64,000 nucleotides of DNA from Parcubacteria group bacterium GW2011_GWA1_56_13 (GTDB lineage Bacteria > Patescibacteriota > Minisyncoccia > Phycocordibacterales > Phycocordibacteraceae), in assembly GCA_001004905.1 (NCBI GenBank), contig LCRY01000002.1, forward strand, positions 1,559 through 65,558, given 5' to 3'. Under the pieces are notes generated by a model. It had not been told where the DNA came from. It searched no databases and was given only the letters and a program-made list of their open reading frames with translations. Shown here piece after piece: positions 1 to 7,628 of this stretch. Numbering within the stretch: position 1 is the first letter of the stretch; every line of letters begins with the position of its first letter. A program made the translations under genes and the position numbers.

Positions 1-516
1 GCGCTCGCAGCCGTTCTCATAGGCAGCGGACTATACTTGTATTATGCAGAAACGGGCCTCCCCAATACCGAATTGAGCATGGCGAACCCTGCCAGTTCCA
101 CCGACACGACGCCCGAACCGTCCCCTTCCGTGTCCTTCCGTGTTCTGGATTCCGGAACGCAAGCGACCAACGCTCCGGCGCGCAAAAATTATGCAGCGTA
201 CTCCAAGGACGGTTTTGAAAAGCTCTGGACTATGGCTCACGGCAGTAGCGGAGCATCCGTACCCGAGATTGATTTTTCAACAGAATACGCCATCGGCGTA
301 TTTGCTGGACAAAGGCCAACAGGCGGTTATGCGATAGAAGTCGCCTCCGTGACCGACGAGGATGTGGTGCGCACCGTGAACGTCCTGCTTACAAAGCCCG
401 GCACAAACTGTATGGTGACCGAAGCGTTTACCAGCCCTTATCAGATAATCGTCGTGCCCCTAAGCGACGCCGCGCTCGCGCACACGGACGCCGAAACGTC
501 GGCACCATGCAACTGA
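1..516 (+). CDS. PrcB C-terminal domain (protease complex subunit PrcB family) membrane-anchored protein, 5'-truncated
   Basis: Frame is open from base 1 (ALAAVLIGSGLYLYY, TM-like). Motif IDFSTEYAIGVFAGQRPTGGYAIEV...VTEAFTSPYQIIVVP. Confidence 0.75.
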   Translation, partial: ALAAVLIGSGLYLYYAETGLPNTELSMANPASSTDTTPEPSPSVSFRVLDSGTQATNAPARKNYAAYSKDGFEKLWTMAHGSSGASVPEIDFSTEYAIGVFAGQRPTGGYAIEVASVTDEDVVRTVNVLLTKPGTNCMVTEAFTSPYQIIVVPLSDAALAHTDAETSAPCN

Positions 517-562
517 ACCACATTTGGGTAAAGCAGATAACTTTCTCCCCGCGCTCGTCTCA

Positions 563-590
563 AACAAATGAACGAAGACGTTCATTTGTT
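563..590. repeat. Perfect 12-bp inverted repeat (terminator or palindromic element)
   Basis: AACAAATGAACG-aaga-CGTTCATTTGTT, flanked by GCGCTCGTCTC and CTCGACTCGC. Confidence 0.7.
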
Positions 591-621
591 ACTCGACTCG
601 CTTGGTAGTAGCATTCCCTGT

Positions 622-1947
622 GTGGATGCTTCGGCGCATTTCCGCGGCAAGCGGATTACGGTGATGGGTCTCGGCCTTTTGGGCCGGGGCGTTGGCGATG
701 CGCGGTATCTGGCCGAACAGGACGCGGAACTCATCGTGACCGACCTGAAATCGCGCGAGGAGCTCGCAACCTCGGTCGCACAGCTTGAGGCGTTCACGAA
801 CGTCACCTTCGTGCTCGGCGAACACCGACTCGAGGATTTCCGCGGTCGCGACCTCATCCTCAAAGCCGCGGGCGTCCCGCTTGATTCGGCGTATATCGCC
901 GAAGCGAAGAAGAACGGAATACCAGTCCGCATGAGCGCGGACCTTTTTGCCGAGATGTCCGGGGTCGCGTGCATCGGCATCACCGGCACGCGCGGCAAGT
1001 CCACCGTCGCGCACATGCTGCACACCATTTTGAAAGCAGCGGGGAAGCCGGTACTGCTCGGCGGGAACGTGCGCGGCGTCTCTACGTTGGCGCTTCTTGC
1101 CGAGGCGACACCCGCGCACATCGCAGTACTGGAGCTGGACTCGTGGCAACTACAGGGTTTCGGCGAAGCGAAGACGAGTCCGCATGTCGCCGTATTCACT
1201 ACGTTCTATCCCGACCATTTGAATTATTATCACGACGACCTGAATGTCTATCTCGCGGACAAGGCGAATATCTTTCTCTACCAAAAGCCAGAAGACATGT
1301 TGGTACTCGGTACACAATGCGCGCCGACGGTCATAGACAAATATGGCGACAAGATTGAAGCGAAAACAGTAGTCGTTGACGAGCTTAAACTGCCGGACAC
1401 ATGGACACTTAGGGTTCTCGGGGTACATAACCGGTACGATGCGGCGCTCGCGCTTGCCGCCGCTCGTATGGTGGGCATACCGGATACGACGAGCCGCGAG
1501 GCGCTACAGTCGTTTCCGGGCGTACCGGGCCGGCTCGAACTGCTACGGGAAGTGCGCGGCGTGAAAATCTATAACGATACGACTTCGACCACGCCGGAAG
1601 CGACCATTGCGGCAATCGATGCCCTTCGACAAAGCTCAGGGCAAAATCAAAATCTGATTTTGATTTTGGGCGGCTCCGACAAGAAACTCGACATGGATAA
1701 ACTTCTCGCAAAGCTTCCCGAGGTCAAAAAAGTCATCCTGCTTGCCGGAAGCGGTACGGAACGCATCCGAGAGACAGTGCTCGGCGCGCCGGTGTATGAC
1801 ACGCTCGTGGAGGCGGTAACCGACGCTTTCGATGCGGCGACGCCGGGCGACGCCGTACTGTTCTCTCCGGCGTTTACTTCGTTCGGGATGTTCAAGAACG
1901 AATTCGACCGCGGCGACCGGTTCAATGCTATCGTGCAAACACTATGA
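622..1947 (+). CDS. murD: UDP-N-acetylmuramoyl-L-alanine--D-glutamate ligase
   Basis: VMGLGLLGRG, GITGTRGKST, LELDSWQL, PDHLNY, YNDTTSTTP, ILGGSDK, FSPAFTSFGMFKNEFDRG. GTG 622 preferred over ATG 568, which lies inside the hairpin. Confidence 0.93.
   Translation: MDASAHFRGKRITVMGLGLLGRGVGDARYLAEQDAELIVTDLKSREELATSVAQLEAFTNVTFVLGEHRLEDFRGRDLILKAAGVPLDSAYIAEAKKNGIPVRMSADLFAEMSGVACIGITGTRGKSTVAHMLHTILKAAGKPVLLGGNVRGVSTLALLAEATPAHIAVLELDSWQLQGFGEAKTSPHVAVFTTFYPDHLNYYHDDLNVYLADKANIFLYQKPEDMLVLGTQCAPTVIDKYGDKIEAKTVVVDELKLPDTWTLRVLGVHNRYDAALALAAARMVGIPDTTSREALQSFPGVPGRLELLREVRGVKIYNDTTSTTPEATIAAIDALRQSSGQNQNLILILGGSDKKLDMDKLLAKLPEVKKVILLAGSGTERIRETVLGAPVYDTLVEAVTDAFDAATPGDAVLFSPAFTSFGMFKNEFDRGDRFNAIVQTL
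1621..1642. repeat. 22-nt palindromic element in frame within murD (ALRQSSGQ)
   Basis: GCCCT-TCGAC-AAA-GCTC-AGGGC followed by AA. Confidence 0.75.
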
Positions 1948-3215
1948 AGAAAGTGTATTTCATCGGTATCGGCGGGATAGGAATGAGCGCGCTCGCGCAG
2001 TATTTCAAGGACCGGGGAGCGCAAGTAACTGGCTCGGATAGAGAAGCGAGCCCGGTGACCGAGCTGTTAGAGAAAAAAGGTGTCAAGGTCATGATCGGCC
2101 AGCGGGCCGAGAATGTTCTTGCGGATGTCGAGGTAATCGTCTACAGCGACGCGGTTCCGGCGGACAATCCAGAACGCGCTCGTGCCGCCGAACTCGATAT
2201 TCCGCAGAAATCATACTTTCAGATGCTCGGCGAGATATCGGCGGGAAAGCGCACAGTTGCGGTTGCCGGTACGCACGGCAAGACGACCACGACCGGCATG
2301 CTCGCGAAAATACTGAAGGACGCGGGCGCCTCGCCGACTGCGGTCGTGGGTTCCATCGTGAAGGATTTCAATTCGAATTATATTTCGGGAACGTCCGATC
2401 TGTTCGTCGTCGAGGCGTGCGAGTATCGTGACCACCTCCTCGAGCTCACCCCGCAGGTGCTCGTCATCACGAATCTCGAATGGGATCATACCGACTTCTT
2501 TCCGTCGCTTGAGGCATTACAGGCGACGTTCCGCAGAGCCATTCAGCGCGTAACGGGAGGCGGCGCCGTCGTCACCGATCCGAATAATCAGAACATTGCG
2601 CCGCTCCTGGCCGAAGCCAGCATACGCATCATCGATTACACAGCGGAACCCCCGTATGAACTCCGTTTGCTCGGCGGGTTCAATCAGATGAATGCCCGCG
2701 CGGCCGCAGCGGCCGCGCGCACTGCACATCCCGGCATCTCGAATGATGCGATCCGCGCGTCGCTAGCTTCATTCCACGGCACCTGGCGCAGATTTGAATA
2801 CAAAGGAAAAAGCTCTCGAGGCGCGGATGTGTACGATGATTATGCGCATCACCCGACCGCGATACGAGAGACGCTTCGTGCGTTGCGCGGCAAAACGGGC
2901 GGGAGGATAATCGTCGCATTTCATCCGCATCTCTACAGTCGCACGCGCGATCTTTTGGACGGATTCGCGACTGCGTTCGGCGAGGCCGACAAGGTACTTA
3001 TCGCGCCGATTTATGCCGCGCGGGAGGTGGATGACGGGAGTATTTCAAGCGAGATCCTTGCCGAGCGCATTCGACAGAATGGCACAGAGGCCGTTGCACT
3101 CGATTTCGGTGCTATTGAGCGAGCGCTCAAAGAGGTGGAAACGGATAGCACCATCCTGACTATGGGCGCCGGCGACATCTACAAGATCGCCGACGCGCTC
3201 GTGGCGGGGACATAG
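1944..3215 (+). CDS. murC: UDP-N-acetylmuramate--L-alanine ligase
   Basis: FIGIGGIGMSALA, AGTHGKTTT, VEACEY, DDYAHHPTAI, TMGAGDI. ATGA overlap with murD. Confidence 0.95.
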   Translation: MKKVYFIGIGGIGMSALAQYFKDRGAQVTGSDREASPVTELLEKKGVKVMIGQRAENVLADVEVIVYSDAVPADNPERARAAELDIPQKSYFQMLGEISAGKRTVAVAGTHGKTTTTGMLAKILKDAGASPTAVVGSIVKDFNSNYISGTSDLFVVEACEYRDHLLELTPQVLVITNLEWDHTDFFPSLEALQATFRRAIQRVTGGGAVVTDPNNQNIAPLLAEASIRIIDYTAEPPYELRLLGGFNQMNARAAAAAARTAHPGISNDAIRASLASFHGTWRRFEYKGKSSRGADVYDDYAHHPTAIRETLRALRGKTGGRIIVAFHPHLYSRTRDLLDGFATAFGEADKVLIAPIYAAREVDDGSISSEILAERIRQNGTEAVALDFGAIERALKEVETDSTILTMGAGDIYKIADALVAGT

Positions 3216-3216
3216 T

Positions 3217-3939
3217 ATGGGAACGTCTCTCGACATGGCTCAAGGCAAGCTTTCCGTCGTCGCGACGCCGATAGGCAATTTGGAAGACATCACGCTGCGC
3301 GCCCTGCGGACGCTCAAGGCATGCAACGTCATTTATGCCGAAGACACGCGCGTCATTTCGAAGCTGCTCGCGCGATATGAGATCAAAAAGCCGCTGCAAC
3401 GGCTTGATGCGGCGACGGAGGTGAAAAAGGCCGACGATATACTCGCCCGGCTTGAAGCGGGGGAGCACATCGCATTGGTCACGGACGCGGGCACGCCGGG
3501 GATCTCCGACCCGGGGGCGCGGCTCGTGGCGCAAGTGCGCAAGCGCTTATCAGGAGCGACCATCGAGGCGATACCGGGACCTTCCGCACTTACCACCGCG
3601 CTTTCTATCGCCGGAGTAGACACGACCGGATTTACCTTCATGGGATTTCTGCCGCATAAGAAAGGGCGGCAGACCGCGCTCGGGAAAATCGCGGCGATGG
3701 TTCGATCGGACTCACCACAAGGCGGAATTCCCGTCGTACTGTACGAGTCGCCGCACCGGATACTGAAACTATTGCGGGAGCTCAATGCTCTCGAGATATC
3801 GCGGGTCATCGTTGCGCGCGAGCTCACGAAAATCCACGAAGAGGTCATCGCCGGTACGCCAGACGAGATGCTTGCGCACTTCAGCGCTCGCCCGGATACG
3901 GTGCGCGGGGAATTTGTGGTTATAATCGAGGCGAGGTAA
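3217..3939 (+). CDS. rsmI: 16S rRNA (cytidine1402-2'-O)-methyltransferase
   Basis: VATPIGNLEDITLRAL, AEDTR, DAGTPGISDPG, YESPHR, ARELTKIHEE. Confidence 0.95.
   Translation: MGTSLDMAQGKLSVVATPIGNLEDITLRALRTLKACNVIYAEDTRVISKLLARYEIKKPLQRLDAATEVKKADDILARLEAGEHIALVTDAGTPGISDPGARLVAQVRKRLSGATIEAIPGPSALTTALSIAGVDTTGFTFMGFLPHKKGRQTALGKIAAMVRSDSPQGGIPVVLYESPHRILKLLRELNALEISRVIVARELTKIHEEVIAGTPDEMLAHFSARPDTVRGEFVVIIEAR
3225..3246. repeat. 22-nt palindromic element (degenerate) in frame at the rsmI N-terminus (SLDMAQGK)
   Basis: GTCTC-TCGAC-ATG-GCTC-AAGGC followed by AA; same core as 1621. Confidence 0.65.
3697..3718. repeat. 22-nt palindromic element in frame within rsmI (MVRSDSPQ)
   Basis: ATGGT-TCGAT-CGG-ACTC-ACCAC followed by AA. 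Confidence 0.65.
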
Positions 3940-3960
3940 TTCGAGACTACAGATATAGCC

Positions 3961-3997
3961 ACCCCGTGAGATGGCGGCTTCGCCTATCTCACGGGGT
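3961..3997. repeat. REP-like hairpin downstream of rsmI (may act as terminator)
   Basis: ACCCCGTGAGAT-GGCG-gctt-CGCC-t-ATCTCACGGGGT; perfect 12-bp outer arms. Confidence 0.75.
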
Positions 3998-4023
3998 TTC
4001 GCGTAGTGTGATACACTACGCTC

Positions 4024-4176
4024 ATGTCCCGCTCCAGCGTCCTTTTGCTTCTCGGCGTCCTCATCATACTTACACCGTTCTCCGGATTGCCAATCGCGGC
4101 CCGTACCCTGTTTCTCGTCGTTTTCGGCGCCTGCATTTTCGGCATCGGTCTTTCATTGCGCGTTCATAGAGAATAA
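4024..4176 (+). CDS. Small two-TM membrane protein (50 aa), absent from the ORF track
   Basis: MSRSSVLLLLGVLIILTPFSGLPIAARTLFLVVFGACIFGIGLSLRVHRE. TGA-TACACT -10-like box 6 nt upstream. Confidence 0.75.
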   Translation: MSRSSVLLLLGVLIILTPFSGLPIAARTLFLVVFGACIFGIGLSLRVHRE

Positions 4177-4187
4177 GGTTTTTTTGC

Positions 4188-4334
4188 TATACCCGCACAC
4201 CATAACGAGCCGTTGCGTCTTAATCGGCCGTTCGTTAACTTCCCAAAGCATAGAAAGGAAGGAAATCGTACCTCCAAATTGGGAAACTTGTTGACGCAAA
4301 AGCCGATTTACGGCTCGTTTGGTGTTCGGGTATA
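4188..4334. mobile_element. 147-bp MITE-like element with ~25-bp terminal inverted repeats
   Basis: Left TATACCCGCACACCATAACGAGCCGT vs reverse complement of right end TATACCCGAACACCA-AACGAGCCGT. Internal nested stems. TA/TATA at both ends. Confidence 0.7.
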
Positions 4335-4344
4335 CTAGAACGCA

Positions 4345-5910
4345 ATGGAGAATCCAGAGCGCGTTACCTACTTCGCGGCGACTGATGCGCGAGGGAAACA
4401 TGTTCCCTTCGGCATCAAGGCAAAAGACCGGGACCGCCACATGTACGTCATCGGCAAGACCGGCATGGGCAAGTCGACCTTGCTCGAGAACATGGCGATC
4501 CAGGATATCAGGAACGGGGAGGGATTTGCCTTTATCGATCCGCATGGGGGGACCGCCGACCGGCTCCTCGACTATATACCCGAGAATCGCATAAAGGACG
4601 TGGTGTATTTCGCGCCGTTCGACCTCGAGCACCCCATCGCGTTCAATGTGATGGAGGACGTCGGGTACGATAAGCGCCATCTCGTCGTTTCCGGCCTCAT
4701 GGCGACTTTCAAGAAGATATGGGAGGACGCATGGAGCGCGCGCATGGAGTACATTCTCACGAACACGCTTCTCGCCCTGCTCGAATATCCGGGCGCAACT
4801 CTGCTCGGCGTCAACCGCATGTATACCGACAAGGAATACAGGAAAAAAGTGGTTGAAAATGTGAAAGACCCGGTCGTGAAAGAGTTCTGGGTCAAGGAAT
4901 TTACGACGTACACCGACCGATACACGCAGGAAGCGACGCCCGCCATCCAGAACAAGGTCGGCCAATTCACCGGCAATCCGCTCATCAGGAATATCATCGG
5001 TCAGCCGAAATCTTCCTTCGACATCCGCACGATGATGGATGAGAAAAAAATCCTCATCATCAACCTTTCCAAGGGGCTCGTGGGCGAGACGAACATGCGC
5101 CTGCTCGGTTCCATGCTCACAACACGCATTTTTCTCTCCGCGATGAGCAGGGCAAACCTTTCTGCCGCAAAACTCGCCGAACTCCCACATTTCTATTTCT
5201 ATGTCGACGAATTCCAGAACTTCGCGAACCAGACGTTCGCGGAAATACTTTCCGAGTCGCGCAAATATAAATTGGACCTCGTCATTGCGCACCAGTACAT
5301 AGAACAAATGGAGGAAGAGGTGCGCGATGCCGTCTTCGGCAACGTCGGCACGACCGTCGCCTTTCGCGTCGGGCCGTTTGATGCCGAAGTGCTGGAGACC
5401 ATTTTCATGCCGCGATTCACAAAAGAGGACGTCGTCGGCCTCGACCGGCGGCAGGTCTATCTCACGCTCATGATAGATGGCGTCGGGTCGGCACCTTTTT
5501 CCGCGGTGACCATTCCGCCCATCGAACCGCCCCCGGTCTCCTATAGGGAGCAGGTCATCGCCTCGTCACGCGCCCAGTTCACCGCTCCGCGTGCCGACGT
5601 GGAGCACGTCATCATCGAAGAGCTCGCCGCAAGCGCCGCATCGGCGATGCTGCCGGACGCCAGGATGCGCAAAAAGCCCGCAGTGCGTCCGCCCGTCCCC
5701 ACAGAAGCAGCGAGGAGCGAACCGCGACAGGCCACCCAAGAGCGGACGGAATTTCATCCACGGACACCACCGGAAGCCGCAAGGCCATTCGTCCATCCTT
5801 CAGTTCCGCGCCTCCCGCGCGAGCCGGCGAAGCAATTTGCTCCAAGGCCTCTCGTGGCAAAAGACGCCGAGGACCTTCCCGCCAGAGGCGGGCTCGTCCG
5901 AGGACCTTAA
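4345..5910 (+). CDS. VirB4/TraG-HerA-like P-loop ATPase (type IV secretion DNA-binding-domain family); C-terminal tail frameshifted
   Basis: RHMYVIGKTGMGKS (Walker A), FIDPHG, FYFYVDEFQNF (Walker B), ESRKY, AHQYIEQ, GNVGT. Confidence 0.85.
   Translation: MENPERVTYFAATDARGKHVPFGIKAKDRDRHMYVIGKTGMGKSTLLENMAIQDIRNGEGFAFIDPHGGTADRLLDYIPENRIKDVVYFAPFDLEHPIAFNVMEDVGYDKRHLVVSGLMATFKKIWEDAWSARMEYILTNTLLALLEYPGATLLGVNRMYTDKEYRKKVVENVKDPVVKEFWVKEFTTYTDRYTQEATPAIQNKVGQFTGNPLIRNIIGQPKSSFDIRTMMDEKKILIINLSKGLVGETNMRLLGSMLTTRIFLSAMSRANLSAAKLAELPHFYFYVDEFQNFANQTFAEILSESRKYKLDLVIAHQYIEQMEEEVRDAVFGNVGTTVAFRVGPFDAEVLETIFMPRFTKEDVVGLDRRQVYLTLMIDGVGSAPFSAVTIPPIEPPPVSYREQVIASSRAQFTAPRADVEHVIIEELAASAASAMLPDARMRKKPAVRPPVPTEAARSEPRQATQERTEFHPRTPPEAARPFVHPSVPRLPREPAKQFAPRPLVAKDAEDLPARGGLVRGP
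5867..5908. repeat. 31-bp insertion: CCCGCC-AGA-GGCGGG palindrome between 11-bp direct repeats
   Basis: CCGAGGACCTT (5867-5877), CCCGCCAGAGGCGGGCTCGT, CCGAGGACCTT (5898-5908). Confidence 0.85.
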
Positions 5911-6151
5911 GGCCATCCTGCGCTCCATGACGGCGAAGGACGGCGAAGAAAAAGAAAGGAAGCAGGAACAGCGCCAAGAATCACTCAAAGGCACTCTTGC
6001 CGCCGTCTTACAGAGGAACCAGTCCGCTCCGCAGAAACGCGAACGAAGTGAGGAACCGGCTCCGGCCAAGCAGCAGCCGGCCGCGCCAAAGAAAAAACCT
6101 TTCGAAGTTCCTGAAGATGCTCTCCGCAAGGTGCTCAAGGGCGAACAATAG
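5900..6151 (+). pseudogene. Out-of-frame C-terminal tail of the ATPase (EDLKAILRSM...EVPEDALRKVLKGEQ)
   Basis: Removing 31 bp fuses frame 1 to frame 2 and gives a 591-aa ORF ending 7 nt before comEA. Confidence 0.7.
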
Positions 6152-6158
6152 CCCGTGT

Positions 6159-6689
6159 ATGCGCATCGCCGGACTTCTCGCACTGGCTGCTTTTCTCCCG
6201 GTGGTCGCGTACGCGGCACTTGTGAATATCAATACGGCGGATGTCGCACTTCTTGAAACGCTTAAAGGCATCGGCCCTTCAAAGGCCGCTGCCATTGTTG
6301 AATATCGCACCGAGCACGGTCCGTTCACGGCTGTCGAGGATATCCAAAAAGTAAGCGGGATTGGTCCGGTCACCTTTGCGAATTTGAAGGGCTCCATCAC
6401 CGTCGCCACGCCCGCATCGCAACCTTCCGCCGACGGAGCGGGTTATGAAACAGTGAAGGCGGTCGAGCCGCCCGGAGTCAGCAAAGGCGCACCGATTACC
6501 AGCACGGAGACGAACATTCAAACGCATGAAAAAGAAGTTCGCGCCCCCGCGGCGGCGACAGACCTCGCCGCCGCGGGGGCGGCATTGCCTCCTCAAACCA
6601 GTCGCGGTGCTGGCATCTTCCATTCGCCGTGGACACTCGGTCTCCTCGGCATCATAGTGCTCGCGGGTAGCGCATTCATATTCCTATAA
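6159..6689 (+). CDS. comEA: ComEA-family helix-hairpin-helix DNA-binding protein with signal peptide and C-terminal TM
   Basis: VNINTAD...LKGIGPSKAAAIVEYR...GPF...IQKVSGIG. Start moved to ATG 6159. Confidence 0.85.
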   Translation: MRIAGLLALAAFLPVVAYAALVNINTADVALLETLKGIGPSKAAAIVEYRTEHGPFTAVEDIQKVSGIGPVTFANLKGSITVATPASQPSADGAGYETVKAVEPPGVSKGAPITSTETNIQTHEKEVRAPAAATDLAAAGAALPPQTSRGAGIFHSPWTLGLLGIIVLAGSAFIFL

Positions 6690-6707
6690 TGAAACTTATT
6701 CTTGTAA

Positions 6708-6748
6708 CCCCGGTACCACAACCTCGCTACGCTCAGTTGGTTACGGGG
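6708..6748. repeat. REP-like imperfect palindrome between comEA and the glycan locus
   Basis: CCCCGGTACCA...CTCGCTACGCTC...TGGTTACGGGG. Confidence 0.55.
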
Positions 6749-6770
6749 CAGGCTGGTGGCAAAATTGAAT

Positions 6771-7628
6771 ATGCGTGATAAAAAATTGATTTTAGTAACA
6801 GGCGGGGCGGGGTTCATTGGCTCGCATCTCTGCGCCCGCCTGGCAAGGGATGGTCATCGCGTCATTTCTCTCGACAATTACTTTACCGGCAGCCGTGAAA
6901 ATCACATTGCGGGCGTGGATTATCGTGAGGGTCACACGAAGGACATCGAGAAGCACGTGAACGAGACACCCGATATTATTTTTCATCTGGGCGAATACTC
7001 GCGCGTCGAAAAGAGTCTTCAGGAGCCAGCACTCGTGTGGGACTTGAATAAAGACGGAACGTTCGGCGTGCTCGAATTTTGGCGCAAGCACGGCGGCAAA
7101 CTCATCTACGCTGGCTCCTCAACGAAATTCGGCGATGGAGGCCTCGGCCGTGATCAGAGTCCATATGCCTGGACGAAGGCCAGCAACACCGAGCTGGTCA
7201 GAAATTACAGCGCCTGGTACGCCCTACCGCACGCCATCACCTATTTCTATAACGTGTACGGTCCCGGGGAACGCTCTGGCACATACGGTACCGTCATCGA
7301 GATCTTCCGGCAGAAACAGCATGCGGGCGAACCGCTCACAGTAACGGCACCGGGAACGCAAAAACGAAACTTTACTCATGTTGACGACATCATCGAGGGT
7401 CTTCTGCTCGTCAGTGCGAACGGGATGGGGGATGACTTCGGCATCGGTGATGAACACGCATACTCGATATTGGAGGTCGCACGGCTATTCGGCGGCGATA
7501 TCGTCATGAAACCCTCCGCGCCAGGCAATCGCATGACTTCCGATATCGACGTCTCGAAAACACGCGCGCTCGGCTGGGCTCCGAAAAAGAAATTGGCCGA
7601 CTACATCGCGGAAGTTCGCAAGACATGA
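6771..7628 (+). CDS. NAD-dependent epimerase/dehydratase (extended SDR)
   Basis: LVTGGAGFIGSH, SPYAWTK (YxxxK), FYNVYGP, RNFTHVDD. Confidence 0.9.
   Translation: MRDKKLILVTGGAGFIGSHLCARLARDGHRVISLDNYFTGSRENHIAGVDYREGHTKDIEKHVNETPDIIFHLGEYSRVEKSLQEPALVWDLNKDGTFGVLEFWRKHGGKLIYAGSSTKFGDGGLGRDQSPYAWTKASNTELVRNYSAWYALPHAITYFYNVYGPGERSGTYGTVIEIFRQKQHAGEPLTVTAPGTQKRNFTHVDDIIEGLLLVSANGMGDDFGIGDEHAYSILEVARLFGGDIVMKPSAPGNRMTSDIDVSKTRALGWAPKKKLADYIAEVRKT

Noticed and set aside
579-587. Shared CGTTCATTT between the 563-590 hairpin and the RAYT palindrome (63482)
   Set aside because: Only 9 nt and in the opposite arm geometry; compatible with chance.
568-621. N-terminal extension of MurD
   Set aside because: The ATG lies inside a 12-bp hairpin. 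Recognisable MurD sequence begins after GTG 622.
4197-4325. Integron attC site (…TAAC / GTT…)
   Set aside because: The inverted repeat extends beyond the putative R boxes to TATA ends. There is no integrase or cassette array, so a MITE fits better.
4345-6151. Conjugative element / T4SS
   Set aside because: No relaxase, VirB components or integrase nearby.
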